Source of the DNA: Parvibaculaceae bacterium
GTDB taxonomy: Bacteria > Pseudomonadota > Alphaproteobacteria > RS24
DNA: 32,000 nucleotides
NCBI GenBank assembly: GCA_965199285.1
Contig: OZ240687.1
Span: 127,065 to 159,064 of the forward strand
Reading direction: 5' to 3'
The notes below the pieces were generated by a model that saw only the letters and a list, made by a program, of their open reading frames with translations, ran no database searches and was not told the origin of the DNA. Shown here piece after piece: positions 15,985 to 24,444 of the stretch (positions are counted from its first letter, which is position 1; each line of letters starts with the position of its first letter). A program made the translations under genes and the position numbers.

Positions 15985-16398
15985 ATGGCAATACAAAGAG
16001 GAAAAGATATTCTGCTGAAAATCAAAAACAAAGAAACCAGCAGTTTTGAAACAATAGGAGGTTTGCGCAGTAGCGAAATCGCATTTAACGCGCAACCTAT
16101 TGATGTCACCAATGCCGGAAGTGCCGGACGCTGGCGCGAATTTCTTGGCAATAGCGGCATTCGTTCCGCCCGCATACGCGGCGAAGGTGTATTTCGTGAT
16201 GAAAGTTCAGATGAGCTTATTCGTGAAATATTTTTTAATGGCGGACAGGAAGAATGGCAACTCGTATTGCCGAATTTTGGGACATTAAGTGGAAATTTCT
16301 CTCTCACAATTCTCAATTATGCAGGCGCGCATGATGGGGAAGTGAATTGGGATATTGAGCTTCTGTCTGCCGGAGAAATACGTTTTGTCACGCTTTAG
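15985..16398 (+). CDS. Major tail (tube) protein, TP901-1-like (g9 equivalent)
   Basis: 137 aa with a strong RBS (GAAGGAGA, 15973-15980). AIQRGKDILLKIKN...FETIGGLRS...I.FNAQPIDVTN matches the GTA major tail protein pattern. Confidence 0.8.
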   Translation: MAIQRGKDILLKIKNKETSSFETIGGLRSSEIAFNAQPIDVTNAGSAGRWREFLGNSGIRSARIRGEGVFRDESSDELIREIFFNGGQEEWQLVLPNFGTLSGNFSLTILNYAGAHDGEVNWDIELLSAGEIRFVTL

Positions 16399-16411
16399 AT
16401 GTGTCCCCTTT

Positions 16412-16729
16412 ATGAGCAATAAAAAGCGCGGCGAGCTCACCCTTATCATCAATGGGCGGCGGCGTTATTTGAAATTAAACTTACATGCGCTGGCGTGTCT
16501 TGAAAGCGCTTATAATGATACCGACATATTGCAGCTGGTGAAAAACTTTGCCGAAACTGGCATGGGGGCGGGTGATGTCGAAAAAATTATTCGTGCCGGT
16601 CTTATTGGTATGGATGACCCGCTTTGTGAAACAGAGCAATCGCTGGATGTGGAAGGCGGGTTTTTGGCCGCCCAAGAGACAGCAATGGAATTACTGCAAC
16701 TTGCCCTAGGATATGATGATGACATATGA
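16412..16729 (+). CDS. GTA family small protein / tail assembly chaperone-like (g10 equivalent)
   Basis: The track ORF is 16355..16729. The Met at 16412 (MSNKKRGELTLIINGRRRYLKLNLHALACLES) lies 13 nt after the g9 stop and gives 105 aa. The pattern and position match GTA g10. Confidence 0.65.
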   Translation: MSNKKRGELTLIINGRRRYLKLNLHALACLESAYNDTDILQLVKNFAETGMGAGDVEKIIRAGLIGMDDPLCETEQSLDVEGGFLAAQETAMELLQLALGYDDDI

Positions 16730-16934
16730 AACCAAAAACTGCCGCGATATGAGATTCCCCTGGCGCGGGATTATGCGCCTCGCGCAATTACATGGAATTG
16801 AGACACAAGCAGCTTGGACAATGACACCAGCTGACCTTTTCTCACTCTTCGATCTTGACACGCGTCAGCCGATCAAGCGGCAGGATATTTTAAGATTAAT
16901 GAAACAATTTCCCGATGAACAGGATAAATCATAA
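16713..16934 (+). CDS. Small GTA tail-assembly protein (g10.1 equivalent)
   Basis: 73 aa. FPWRGIMRLAQLHGIETQAAWTMTPADLFSLF resembles the conserved small ORF between g10 and the tape measure in GTA clusters. The start could be 16713 or 16749. Confidence 0.6.
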   Translation: MMMTYETKNCRDMRFPWRGIMRLAQLHGIETQAAWTMTPADLFSLFDLDTRQPIKRQDILRLMKQFPDEQDKS

Positions 16935-17368
16935 TGCCCTCTGGATTACAAGAATTAGCAAATGCGGCATCACAAGCTGATGCAAATATAAAAGCCGTCA
17001 ATAAAAGTCTGTATGAATTTCAAAAGGCGCAAGACAAATCAGGATTGGCGGCGGTAAAATTAGGGATTTCGATCGTCGAAGCCTTTGGCGATGTTGATGA
17101 GCGTACCCGCAAGCTTTTGCGTCTGATCGAACAATTGGCACAAGTGTTGCAACGGGGAAGTGAGTTACCGCCATCTGCACGTGGTGGCGGGGGCAGATTG
17201 TCCGATCAATCATCGGCATTGGCGCATAGTTTTAACGCCCATAATTCAGGCTCATTGCCGGTGAATATAAATCTACATTCGCCTGATATGGCAGGCTTCC
17301 AAAGGTCGGAGGGGCAGTTGACAACATTATTTGCGCGCGCCCTTTCGCGTGGCTTTCAAGGGTTTTAG
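16934..17368 (+). CDS. Tail tape measure protein, short GTA type (g11 equivalent)
   Basis: 144 aa with a TAATG junction to g10.1. A helical N-terminal part is followed by a Gly/Ser-rich linker (ARGGGGRLSDQSS). Its position before the distal tail protein is typical. Confidence 0.65.
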   Translation: MPSGLQELANAASQADANIKAVNKSLYEFQKAQDKSGLAAVKLGISIVEAFGDVDERTRKLLRLIEQLAQVLQRGSELPPSARGGGGRLSDQSSALAHSFNAHNSGSLPVNINLHSPDMAGFQRSEGQLTTLFARALSRGFQGF

Positions 17369-17379
17369 GTGGAGTGATA

Positions 17380-18033
17380 ATGTCTGATTATTTTCATCAT
17401 GTGGTTATGCCAGAGCATCTGGCTTTTGGGTCAAGCGGCGGACCGCTTTATAAAACTGAAATTGTGCAGACCGCCTCGGGATATGAATATCGTAATGCAC
17501 CTTGGGCGCATAGTTTGCGGCGCTATAATCTCACCAGCGGAGCGCGCCCCTTAGCGGATATTCAAACCCTGCTTGCTTTTTTTGAAGCCCGCCGTGGACG
17601 GCTATATGGGTTTTTATGGCGCGATTGGATGGATGACCGCTCAAGCCTAAATGGACAAGAGATAAGTGCAACAGACCAACCCTTATCTGCGACGGACGCA
17701 CAGGGGCGGCATTTTCATATTTACAAATATTATGGCAGTGGTGAGGATGCGGTGGCGCGGCGGATTAGGAAGCCCAGGCCAGATAATTTTTTACTTGCCA
17801 AAAATAAAACGGCTTTAAGAAAAGATACAGACTATCATTTAGATCATCAAAATGGTGTTGTGACCTTAAATACCGCTCTTGCGCGCGGCGAGGTGCTAAC
17901 GGCAGGGTTTCATTTTTATGTGCCCGTACGCTTTGATACGGATGATCTGGAAGTGCAGCTCAATTCATTTGATACCGGCATTTTACCGTCGGTTCCGCTA
18001 TTAGAGGTTAAGCTGTCGGATGATGCGGCATGA
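17380..18033 (+). CDS. DUF2460-type distal tail protein (g12 equivalent)
   Basis: The ATG at 17380 follows an AGGTGGAG RBS (the track start is GTG 17374). FGSSGGPLYKTEIVQTASGYEYRNAPWAHSLRRYNL ... FFEARRGRLYGFLWRDWMD is the conserved GTA g12 signature. Confidence 0.85.
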   Translation: MSDYFHHVVMPEHLAFGSSGGPLYKTEIVQTASGYEYRNAPWAHSLRRYNLTSGARPLADIQTLLAFFEARRGRLYGFLWRDWMDDRSSLNGQEISATDQPLSATDAQGRHFHIYKYYGSGEDAVARRIRKPRPDNFLLAKNKTALRKDTDYHLDHQNGVVTLNTALARGEVLTAGFHFYVPVRFDTDDLEVQLNSFDTGILPSVPLLEVKLSDDAA

Positions 18034-18869
18034 AAAATTTACCAGAAACATTTAAGGATAATCTCGAATCTGAAGTGACGCATTTATGTCGGTGCTGGCA
18101 AATCACCCGCCGCGATGGTGTGCATTTAGGGCTTACCGATCACAATAATGCGCTTCGCTTTAATAATATATTATTCCATGCCAATGCGGGGATGAATGTC
18201 ACCGCGATTGAACAGCGCAGTGGCTTGTCAGCGCATGGGCTGGATGTGAAAGGGGTGATCGGTTCGCCGTATCTTGCGGCTGAGGATTTGCAAAAAGGGC
18301 TTTACGATCATGCACGCTTGCAAATTTTTCTGGTTGATTGGCAAAATCCAGAAAATCATCTTTTGCTGATTAGTGGAATCTTTGCTGAGGTTACGATTGA
18401 GCAAGGTGCGTTTCAGGTTTCGCTTAAAACAGTAATGTCGCATTTGCAAAATCAGAAAGGGCGGGTTTATCAACGTAGTTGTGATACCGCGCTGGGCGAT
18501 AAGCGTTGTGGTATTGATCTTAGCCAAGATAAATTCCAAGCCAAGCGACAAATTCGAGCGCTTGATAACACCCAATTAACATTTGATAATCTACCGCATC
18601 AGGCGGGATGGTTCGGGCAGGGTAAAATTATCCTTGCATCCGGTCAAGCGATTGATATTCGTGAGGATTCGCAAAAGGATAATCAGCGCATTATTGTTTT
18701 ATGGCAAGCGCCGCCGGCGAATATAAAGCCAGGTGATGAGGTCACATTGCAGGCCGGATGTGACAAGCAATTTTCGACATGCAAAACAAAATTTGCCAAT
18801 CAGATAAATTTTCAGGGCTTTCCGCATTTACCAACCGAAACCACATTGATTTCTGTCGCCGGTTTATAA
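18030..18869 (+). CDS. DUF2163 / BR0599-type tail hub protein (g13 equivalent)
   Basis: 279 aa with an ATGA overlap onto g12. THLCRCWQITRRDGVHLGLTDHNNALRFNNILF ... FQGFPHLP matches the GTA g13 family pattern. Confidence 0.85.
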   Translation: MKNLPETFKDNLESEVTHLCRCWQITRRDGVHLGLTDHNNALRFNNILFHANAGMNVTAIEQRSGLSAHGLDVKGVIGSPYLAAEDLQKGLYDHARLQIFLVDWQNPENHLLLISGIFAEVTIEQGAFQVSLKTVMSHLQNQKGRVYQRSCDTALGDKRCGIDLSQDKFQAKRQIRALDNTQLTFDNLPHQAGWFGQGKIILASGQAIDIREDSQKDNQRIIVLWQAPPANIKPGDEVTLQAGCDKQFSTCKTKFANQINFQGFPHLPTETTLISVAGL

Positions 18870-18871
18870 AT

Positions 18872-19303
18872 ATGTCTACCGATAAGATTATTAAAATTGC
18901 CCGTAGCTGGTGTGATACGCCATATCAGCATCAGGCGAGTGTGAAAGGGGTTGGGGCCGATTGTCTTGGTCTTATTCGCGGTATTTATCGCGAGCTTTAT
19001 GGGCAAGAAGCAGCAACGGTTCCCGCCTATCAAAGACGTGCCCGCCTTGCTGAGGGGGAAGTGTTGTGGCACGCTGCGGCGCAATATTTGCAGGCCGAAT
19101 CTTTGCCTCCCAAGCGCGGATATGTGCTTCTTTTCCGCTTACAGCCGCAACAACCAGCGCGTCATTTAGGGGTGCTTTCTGGCACGGATACAATGATCCA
19201 TGCCGCGCATGATATGAAGGTTTGTGAAGTGCACTATCACCGGTTTTGGCAAAAGCGACTTGTCGCCTGTTTTTCGTTTTCTGCTGTAAAGGATAATTTC
19301 TAA
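18872..19303 (+). CDS. NlpC/P60 family cell-wall peptidase (g14 equivalent)
   Basis: The track ORF is 18779..19303. The ATG at 18872 lies 2 nt after the g13 stop and gives 143 aa. WCDTPYQHQASVKGVGADCLGLIRGIY contains the catalytic Cys context, and MIHAAH contains the His. Confidence 0.85.
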   Translation: MSTDKIIKIARSWCDTPYQHQASVKGVGADCLGLIRGIYRELYGQEAATVPAYQRRARLAEGEVLWHAAAQYLQAESLPPKRGYVLLFRLQPQQPARHLGVLSGTDTMIHAAHDMKVCEVHYHRFWQKRLVACFSFSAVKDNF

Positions 19304-19304
19304 A

Positions 19305-22300
19305 ATGTCTGAATTAAATCTTGTTAGCTCTCCCTCTACGACGACAGGTAACCCATTGTTGCAGATTGCCCTCACGGCAGCGCAATGGCAGCAATCCCAA
19401 AAAACCCCAACCAGAGAATTTGGTCGTCTTGAACAATTACAAATTCTGGGCGTGGGAGAAGGTCATTCGATTCCAATCATTTTTGGCCGCATCAGATTAG
19501 GCGGGCAGTTGATTTGGCAAGGGGGATTAAAAGAGCATGTGCATGAATCGGGTGGCGGTAAATCCAGCAGTGTGCCGCAGCAGCGTCATTATTCTTATAG
19601 CACCCATTTTGCGGTTGGCCTATGCGCTGGCGAAATATCGCATATTGGGCGGGTCTGGGCAGATGGTCGCTTGCTGGATTTAAGCAAATATATTATGCGG
19701 GTGAATAATGGTACGGCGGATCAGTCGCCTGACCCGCTCATCCAATCGGTTGAAGGCGAAAATACACCTGCTTATCGTAGTTTGGCTTATGTCGTGTTTC
19801 AAGATTTCGATTTATCATCATTTGGCAATCGTATTCCGCAGCTTAGTTTTGAAGTGTTTCGGCGTAATGAGGAAGCCGCCAATCTCATACGTGGGGTGAA
19901 TATTATTCCCGGTGCGACGGAATTTGCCTATGCGCCGGATATTCATGTCCGCGCCCATCGCTGGGATATTATTGGTGAGAATGTCAATGCGAGCCCTAGC
20001 TTATCGGATTGGCATGTATCAATAGATGCGTTACAAGATGCTTGCCCTGCCTGCAAGCAGGCAAATTTAGTTGTTGCCTGGTATGGTACTGATCTACGCG
20101 CCGGCGAATGCGTTATCGAACCTCGCGTTCTTGATGGGCAGCGTCGCAACTTACCGCGTGATTGGTTTGTGGCAGGTCGCGGGCGTGGGCAGGTGAATGT
20201 AGTATCGCAGGTAAGAGGGCGGCCAGCCTTTGGCGGTACGCCAAATGACCAATCAATTATCGATGCGATTAAGGATTTGAAAACGCGCGGTATTGCTGTG
20301 ACATTTTATCCCTTTTTGATGATGGATATTCCAGCCGGCAATAATCTGCCGAATTTTGAGGGTGGCAGAGGGCAACCAGCCTATCCATGGCGCGGCCAGA
20401 TTAGCGTGTATCCGCAAAATGTGAATGGCACAAAAGAGGCTTATAACCAGCTTCATCGTTTTGTGTATGGGGCGGATGGCAAAAGCGGCTTAAACGGAAT
20501 GATGGTGCATTATGCAAATCTTTGTGCGCAAGCTGGCGGGGTTGAGGCATTTCTCATCGGCTCAGAATTTGCCGCCCTTAGTCGAGTAAGCCAAGCGCGA
20601 GGTGATTATGTTTTTGCCAAGCTCTTAAAAGAAGTGGCGGCGAATGTGCGGAAGATTTTGCCCAATACCAAAATCTCTTATGCCTCGAATTGGGATGAAT
20701 ATGGGCATTATGTCGAGCATGAATATGGCGATGTTAATTTCCCGCTCGATGAATTTTGGGCGGATGAGAATTGTGACTTCATCGCGATTGATGCTTATTT
20801 CCCGCTTTCAGATTGGCGCGATGGGATGACGCATCTTGATGCCAAAAATGGGGCGCGGTCAATTTCTGATATTGATTATCTCAAAAGCAATATTGAGGGG
20901 GGTGAATATTATGATTGGTATTATGCCTCGCAAGAAGATAGGGACAAGCAGACTCGTACCCCGATTACAGAATGGGTGTTTCGCAGTAAGGATATCCGAA
21001 ATTGGTGGTTGAACACTCATTATACGCGCCGAAATTGGCAACAAGACGCTTCCACCCCATGGCAGGCGCAATCAAAACCGATTTGGTTAACCGAGATTGG
21101 TTGCCCGGCGGTTGATAAGGGCAGTAATGAACCCAATCAGTTTCCGGATAAAAATGCCGCCGCTGCCGCCGCCGGATTGCCCCATTATTCGAACGGGCAA
21201 CGCGATGATGTTATTCAGCGTCATTATATTCGGGCGATAAGCGAATATTTTGAAGACCCCGCGCATAATCCGGTTTCATCTGTCTATCATGCGCCGATGC
21301 TGGCACGCGACAAGATTTCTATATGGGCGTGGGATGCGCGTCCCTTTCCGGTTTTTCCGTATAATACAGGATTATGGGCGGATGGCGTAAATTGGTTTAC
21401 CGGTCATTGGTTAAATGGGCGGGTTTCGAGCGCTGGTCTTGCGGATATGTGGCGGCATATAGCGGATGATCAATTAACGATTAATGCCACGCATGGCAGT
21501 GTTGCGGTTGAAGGCTATTTGATTGATGGCCAACATAGCGCCCGCGAGGCAATGGAACCCTTATTACAAAGTTTTGGCTTAGATGCGGTGGCGGATGGGC
21601 AGGGGATAAAAATTTCTGACCGCGGGCAAGCGGTCAATATAACCCCGCTTACGGAAGATGATTTACTTGCTGGCAGTGGGCGGGCGGTTTTACAAAGAGA
21701 TGATGTCAGCCTTTTGCCCAATCTTTTACAGTTGCAATATTTGCGCGATGATGGGGCTTATGAAACAGCGATTGTAACAGCACGGGTGAATGAGCAATCA
21801 TTACCACAGCTACGTTTAAGCGTGCCCTTAGTGATGTCGCGCGGGCGCGCCGAAACAATCGCGGCGCGTTTATTGCATGAGGTGCGAACCGAATATGAGC
21901 ATATGCGCTTTATATTGCCGCCGCGCTTTGTGTTTCTCGAGCCGGCAGATATATTATCCTATCAAGGTAAACTCTGGCGTATTGTCAGTGTCACTTATCA
22001 AGGCGCGCTTGAAATTGAAGCGATTCATTATGAACCAGCTCTATATTCCAACGCGCAGCAGGATCAACTTTATGAAACGCTTATCGAATCTGTTGCGGCG
22101 GTGGCGCGGCCAGAATTACATATATTGGAATTGCCGATTGCGGCTCAACTGGCAAATGCACAAAATGATTGGCCAGAAGGTGCGCCACTGGCCGCTGTTA
22201 GTGGACGGCCATGGCCATCTTCGGTTCTTATTGAGGATGACACAAATATATGGTCGCAAGAATTAACCCGCCCGTCAATTTTAGGGGTCACGCAATCAGA

Positions 22301-23024
22301 TATGAAAGCCGCCCCGATAGGACGATTTCTCAAAACAATGACGATTGATATTGAAATCTCTGATGGTGAATTGGAAAGCCGCTCTGCTTTACAAGTCTTA
22401 AATGGTTTGAACGCATTTGCGGTGCGAACCGAAAAAGGGTGGGAAATTATCCAATTTGGTGAAGCCCAGCTTATCGGCGAACGGCGCTATCGTTTATCAC
22501 ATATTTTGCGCGGCGCGATGGGTAGCGATGATATGATGGTTGAACTTTTACCCGCAGGCGCGGATTGTGTGTTCCTAAGCACCGCTTTGCGCCCACTTAA
22601 CTTTGCGCGTGAGCGGCTGGTATCAGAGGTTGAATTTGATTATGGCCCCGCCCAGCTTCAACAAGGCACATATGCGTGGCGTAAAACCAGCTATCAGCTC
22701 ACCAATATTGCGTATCGGCCTCTATCACCGGTGCATCTAAAAGCTAAATCACAAGCAAATGGTAACCTTGCCATTAGCTGGATTCGGCGCGGGCGGATTG
22801 ATGCCGATAATTTTGAGACGGAAGAGATTCCGCTCGGCGAAGAACGCGAGCAATATCGGATACGGCTTTATGCAGATGGCGCGATTGTGAAAGACGATAT
22901 TGTCGATGCACCAGACTGGCAATTCACCAGCGCGATGCGCGATAATAGCAAAACATATAAACTCCATGTCGCACAAATCAGTGCCACTTATGGGGCTGGC
23001 GCAGAGGCAGTGTTAAATTTATAA
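19305..23024 (+). CDS. GTA baseplate megatron / host-specificity protein with a central TIM-barrel-like glycoside-hydrolase-like domain (g15 equivalent)
   Basis: 1239 aa. The N-terminal pattern IPIIFGRIRLGGQLIW ... YRSLAYVVFQDFDLSSFGNRIPQLSFEV is present. The central region AFLIGSEFAALS ... WLTEIGCPAVDKGSNEPNQFPD resembles the GTA TIM-barrel-like domain. It is the last and largest gene of the cluster. Confidence 0.88.
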   Translation: MSELNLVSSPSTTTGNPLLQIALTAAQWQQSQKTPTREFGRLEQLQILGVGEGHSIPIIFGRIRLGGQLIWQGGLKEHVHESGGGKSSSVPQQRHYSYSTHFAVGLCAGEISHIGRVWADGRLLDLSKYIMRVNNGTADQSPDPLIQSVEGENTPAYRSLAYVVFQDFDLSSFGNRIPQLSFEVFRRNEEAANLIRGVNIIPGATEFAYAPDIHVRAHRWDIIGENVNASPSLSDWHVSIDALQDACPACKQANLVVAWYGTDLRAGECVIEPRVLDGQRRNLPRDWFVAGRGRGQVNVVSQVRGRPAFGGTPNDQSIIDAIKDLKTRGIAVTFYPFLMMDIPAGNNLPNFEGGRGQPAYPWRGQISVYPQNVNGTKEAYNQLHRFVYGADGKSGLNGMMVHYANLCAQAGGVEAFLIGSEFAALSRVSQARGDYVFAKLLKEVAANVRKILPNTKISYASNWDEYGHYVEHEYGDVNFPLDEFWADENCDFIAIDAYFPLSDWRDGMTHLDAKNGARSISDIDYLKSNIEGGEYYDWYYASQEDRDKQTRTPITEWVFRSKDIRNWWLNTHYTRRNWQQDASTPWQAQSKPIWLTEIGCPAVDKGSNEPNQFPDKNAAAAAAGLPHYSNGQRDDVIQRHYIRAISEYFEDPAHNPVSSVYHAPMLARDKISIWAWDARPFPVFPYNTGLWADGVNWFTGHWLNGRVSSAGLADMWRHIADDQLTINATHGSVAVEGYLIDGQHSAREAMEPLLQSFGLDAVADGQGIKISDRGQAVNITPLTEDDLLAGSGRAVLQRDDVSLLPNLLQLQYLRDDGAYETAIVTARVNEQSLPQLRLSVPLVMSRGRAETIAARLLHEVRTEYEHMRFILPPRFVFLEPADILSYQGKLWRIVSVTYQGALEIEAIHYEPALYSNAQQDQLYETLIESVAAVARPELHILELPIAAQLANAQNDWPEGAPLAAVSGRPWPSSVLIEDDTNIWSQELTRPSILGVTQSDMKAAPIGRFLKTMTIDIEISDGELESRSALQVLNGLNAFAVRTEKGWEIIQFGEAQLIGERRYRLSHILRGAMGSDDMMVELLPAGADCVFLSTALRPLNFARERLVSEVEFDYGPAQLQQGTYAWRKTSYQLTNIAYRPLSPVHLKAKSQANGNLAISWIRRGRIDADNFETEEIPLGEEREQYRIRLYADGAIVKDDIVDAPDWQFTSAMRDNSKTYKLHVAQISATYGAGAEAVLNL

Positions 23025-23082
23025 AGATGGCTGGTCAGATTACAGAAATATGATATTCTCCCTTCCAAACTGAAGAGGAGGT

Positions 23083-23781
23083 ATGATGTCTAGATTAGTC
23101 GAATCATCGCCAAGCGTGAGCGACGCGCTTAACACCCGTTTTTCCTGTCGCGCTTTTTTGGATAAGGCTGTTGAGCCAGCGCTGGTGCGCGAGATTATCG
23201 AAACCGCAACCCGTGCCCCTTCTGGTGGCAATTTGCAGCCATGGCATGTCTGGGCTGTTGGAGGTGAAACATTACAATCGCTCAGTCAGGATGTCTTGTC
23301 GAGATGTGGTGAAACCCCGATGGGAGAGGGAGCGGATTATCATATTTATCCCCCCGATCTGAAAGAACCATATGAGAGTCGTCGTCGTGATATTGGTGAG
23401 CGCATGTATGGATTATTAGGCATTCCGCGTGAGGCAAAGCGCGAACGTGGGGCGTGGATGTTCGAGAATTATAAATTTTTCGGCGCGCCCGTCGGTTTAT
23501 TCTTTGCGATTGACCGTCAAATGCAAGAAGGGCAGTGGTCGGATTTGGGAATGTTTATTCAGTCAATCATGCTGCTCGCGCGCGAAAAGGGGTTGCACAC
23601 ATGCCCACAAGAAATATGGGCGCTGTGGAGCAAAACCATCACCGCATGTCTCGATATTCCTGACCATATGATGTTCTTTTGCGGCCTGTCATTGGGTTAT
23701 GCTGATCCCGATCATCCGGTAAATGCGCTTGAAAGCCCGCGTGCTGACATGGATGAGGTGGCGCATTATATTGACCTGTGA
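23083..23781 (+). CDS. Nitroreductase family protein
   Basis: 232 aa with RBS GAGGAGG at 23075-23081 (the start is ATG 23083 or 23086). RFSCRAFLDKAV ... ATRAPSGGNLQPWHV ... FFGAPVGLFF is the nitroreductase-fold signature. Confidence 0.8.
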   Translation: MMSRLVESSPSVSDALNTRFSCRAFLDKAVEPALVREIIETATRAPSGGNLQPWHVWAVGGETLQSLSQDVLSRCGETPMGEGADYHIYPPDLKEPYESRRRDIGERMYGLLGIPREAKRERGAWMFENYKFFGAPVGLFFAIDRQMQEGQWSDLGMFIQSIMLLAREKGLHTCPQEIWALWSKTITACLDIPDHMMFFCGLSLGYADPDHPVNALESPRADMDEVAHYIDL

Positions 23782-23793
23782 TAGAGGGAGAGA

Positions 23794-24444
23794 ATGCACG
23801 CGCTTTTATTTTGGGTGATGGCGGCACTTTTGGTCGCTGGTGTTTCAATATGCTTGCGGCGTGACCGTCTGTTCGCGCTTTTTTTGCCGCTTGCCGGGCT
23901 GTTGCTTTATCTCATGCTTGGCACGCCACAGCTTCCCGATTTTCCCTTACAATCTCGTTTGAACCAGCCGATTGAAGAACTGCCTGCTGGCGCGATTATT
24001 GTGTTGCTCGAAGAGCGCTTGCGGCAAACCCCTGAAGATGTGAAGGGGCGGCGTTTATTGGCGCGCGCGCAAGCAAGCGTGGGGCAAATTGAAGCGGCAT
24101 CTGCCAACTGGTTGCGCGTTCTTGAAACAGCAGGCGAGGATGCCGAAGCCTATCGCGCGCTTGCCTTATCACGCATAGAGGGAGAGGTCATCCCCGATAC
24201 GAGTTTTGAATTTCTCAAAAAAGCATATAAGCTGGCGCCAGAAGATATTATGACTCGCTATTATCTGGGCTTGGCTTACGCCCAACAAGCCGATATAGAT
24301 AAGGCGCGTGAGATATGGGTGTCGCTATTGGCGGATGTGCCGGCGGGTTTACCGGTCACAAATAAAATTAAGGCGCTGATGGCAGAATTTTCCAATCAGC
24401 CTTCCAGTCGCCATAAAGTAAAAGAGGGCGTAAATGAGTTTTAA
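23794..24444 (+). CDS. ccmI: Cytochrome c-type biogenesis protein CcmI (CycH), short form
   Basis: 216 aa. Two N-terminal TM helices are followed by TPR-like repeats (RRLLARAQASVGQIEAASANWLRVLE ... YYLGLAYAQQADIDKAREIW). It sits directly upstream of ccmE-ccmF-ccmH. Confidence 0.65.
   Translation: MHALLFWVMAALLVAGVSICLRRDRLFALFLPLAGLLLYLMLGTPQLPDFPLQSRLNQPIEELPAGAIIVLLEERLRQTPEDVKGRRLLARAQASVGQIEAASANWLRVLETAGEDAEAYRALALSRIEGEVIPDTSFEFLKKAYKLAPEDIMTRYYLGLAYAQQADIDKAREIWVSLLADVPAGLPVTNKIKALMAEFSNQPSSRHKVKEGVNEF

Larger units (their letters stand above)
10206..23024 (+). other. RcGTA-type gene transfer agent head-tail structural cluster (17 ORFs)
   Basis: The gene order matches the Rhodobacter capsulatus GTA cluster g1-g15. 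ORFs are compact with many overlaps. No integrase, repressor, replication or lysis genes are present, and chromosomal housekeeping genes lie on both flanks. Confidence 0.85.

Noticed and set aside
16412-16934. Programmed -1 frameshift between the two chaperone-like ORFs (as in the phage G/GT tail assembly chaperones)
   Set aside because: The g10.1 frame is +1 (not -1) relative to g10. It is closed by a TAG at 16707-16709 just upstream of its ATG run (16713-16721). No slippery heptamer is visible in the 20-nt overlap, so independent initiation is simpler.
17560-17590. T7 run inside g12 (GCTTGCTTTTTTTGAAGCC) as a possible internal terminator of the GTA cluster
   Set aside because: No convincing GC-rich stem precedes it. 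The run simply encodes Ala-Phe-Phe within a conserved g12 motif (LLAFFEARRG).
10206-23024. Interpretation of the phage-like cluster as an intact or cryptic prophage or other mobile element
   Set aside because: There is no integrase, repressor, replication or lysis module, no flanking direct repeats or tRNA that I could see. The gene order and the GTA-specific families (g12 DUF2460, g13 DUF2163, g15 TIM-barrel megatron) point to a domesticated GTA.
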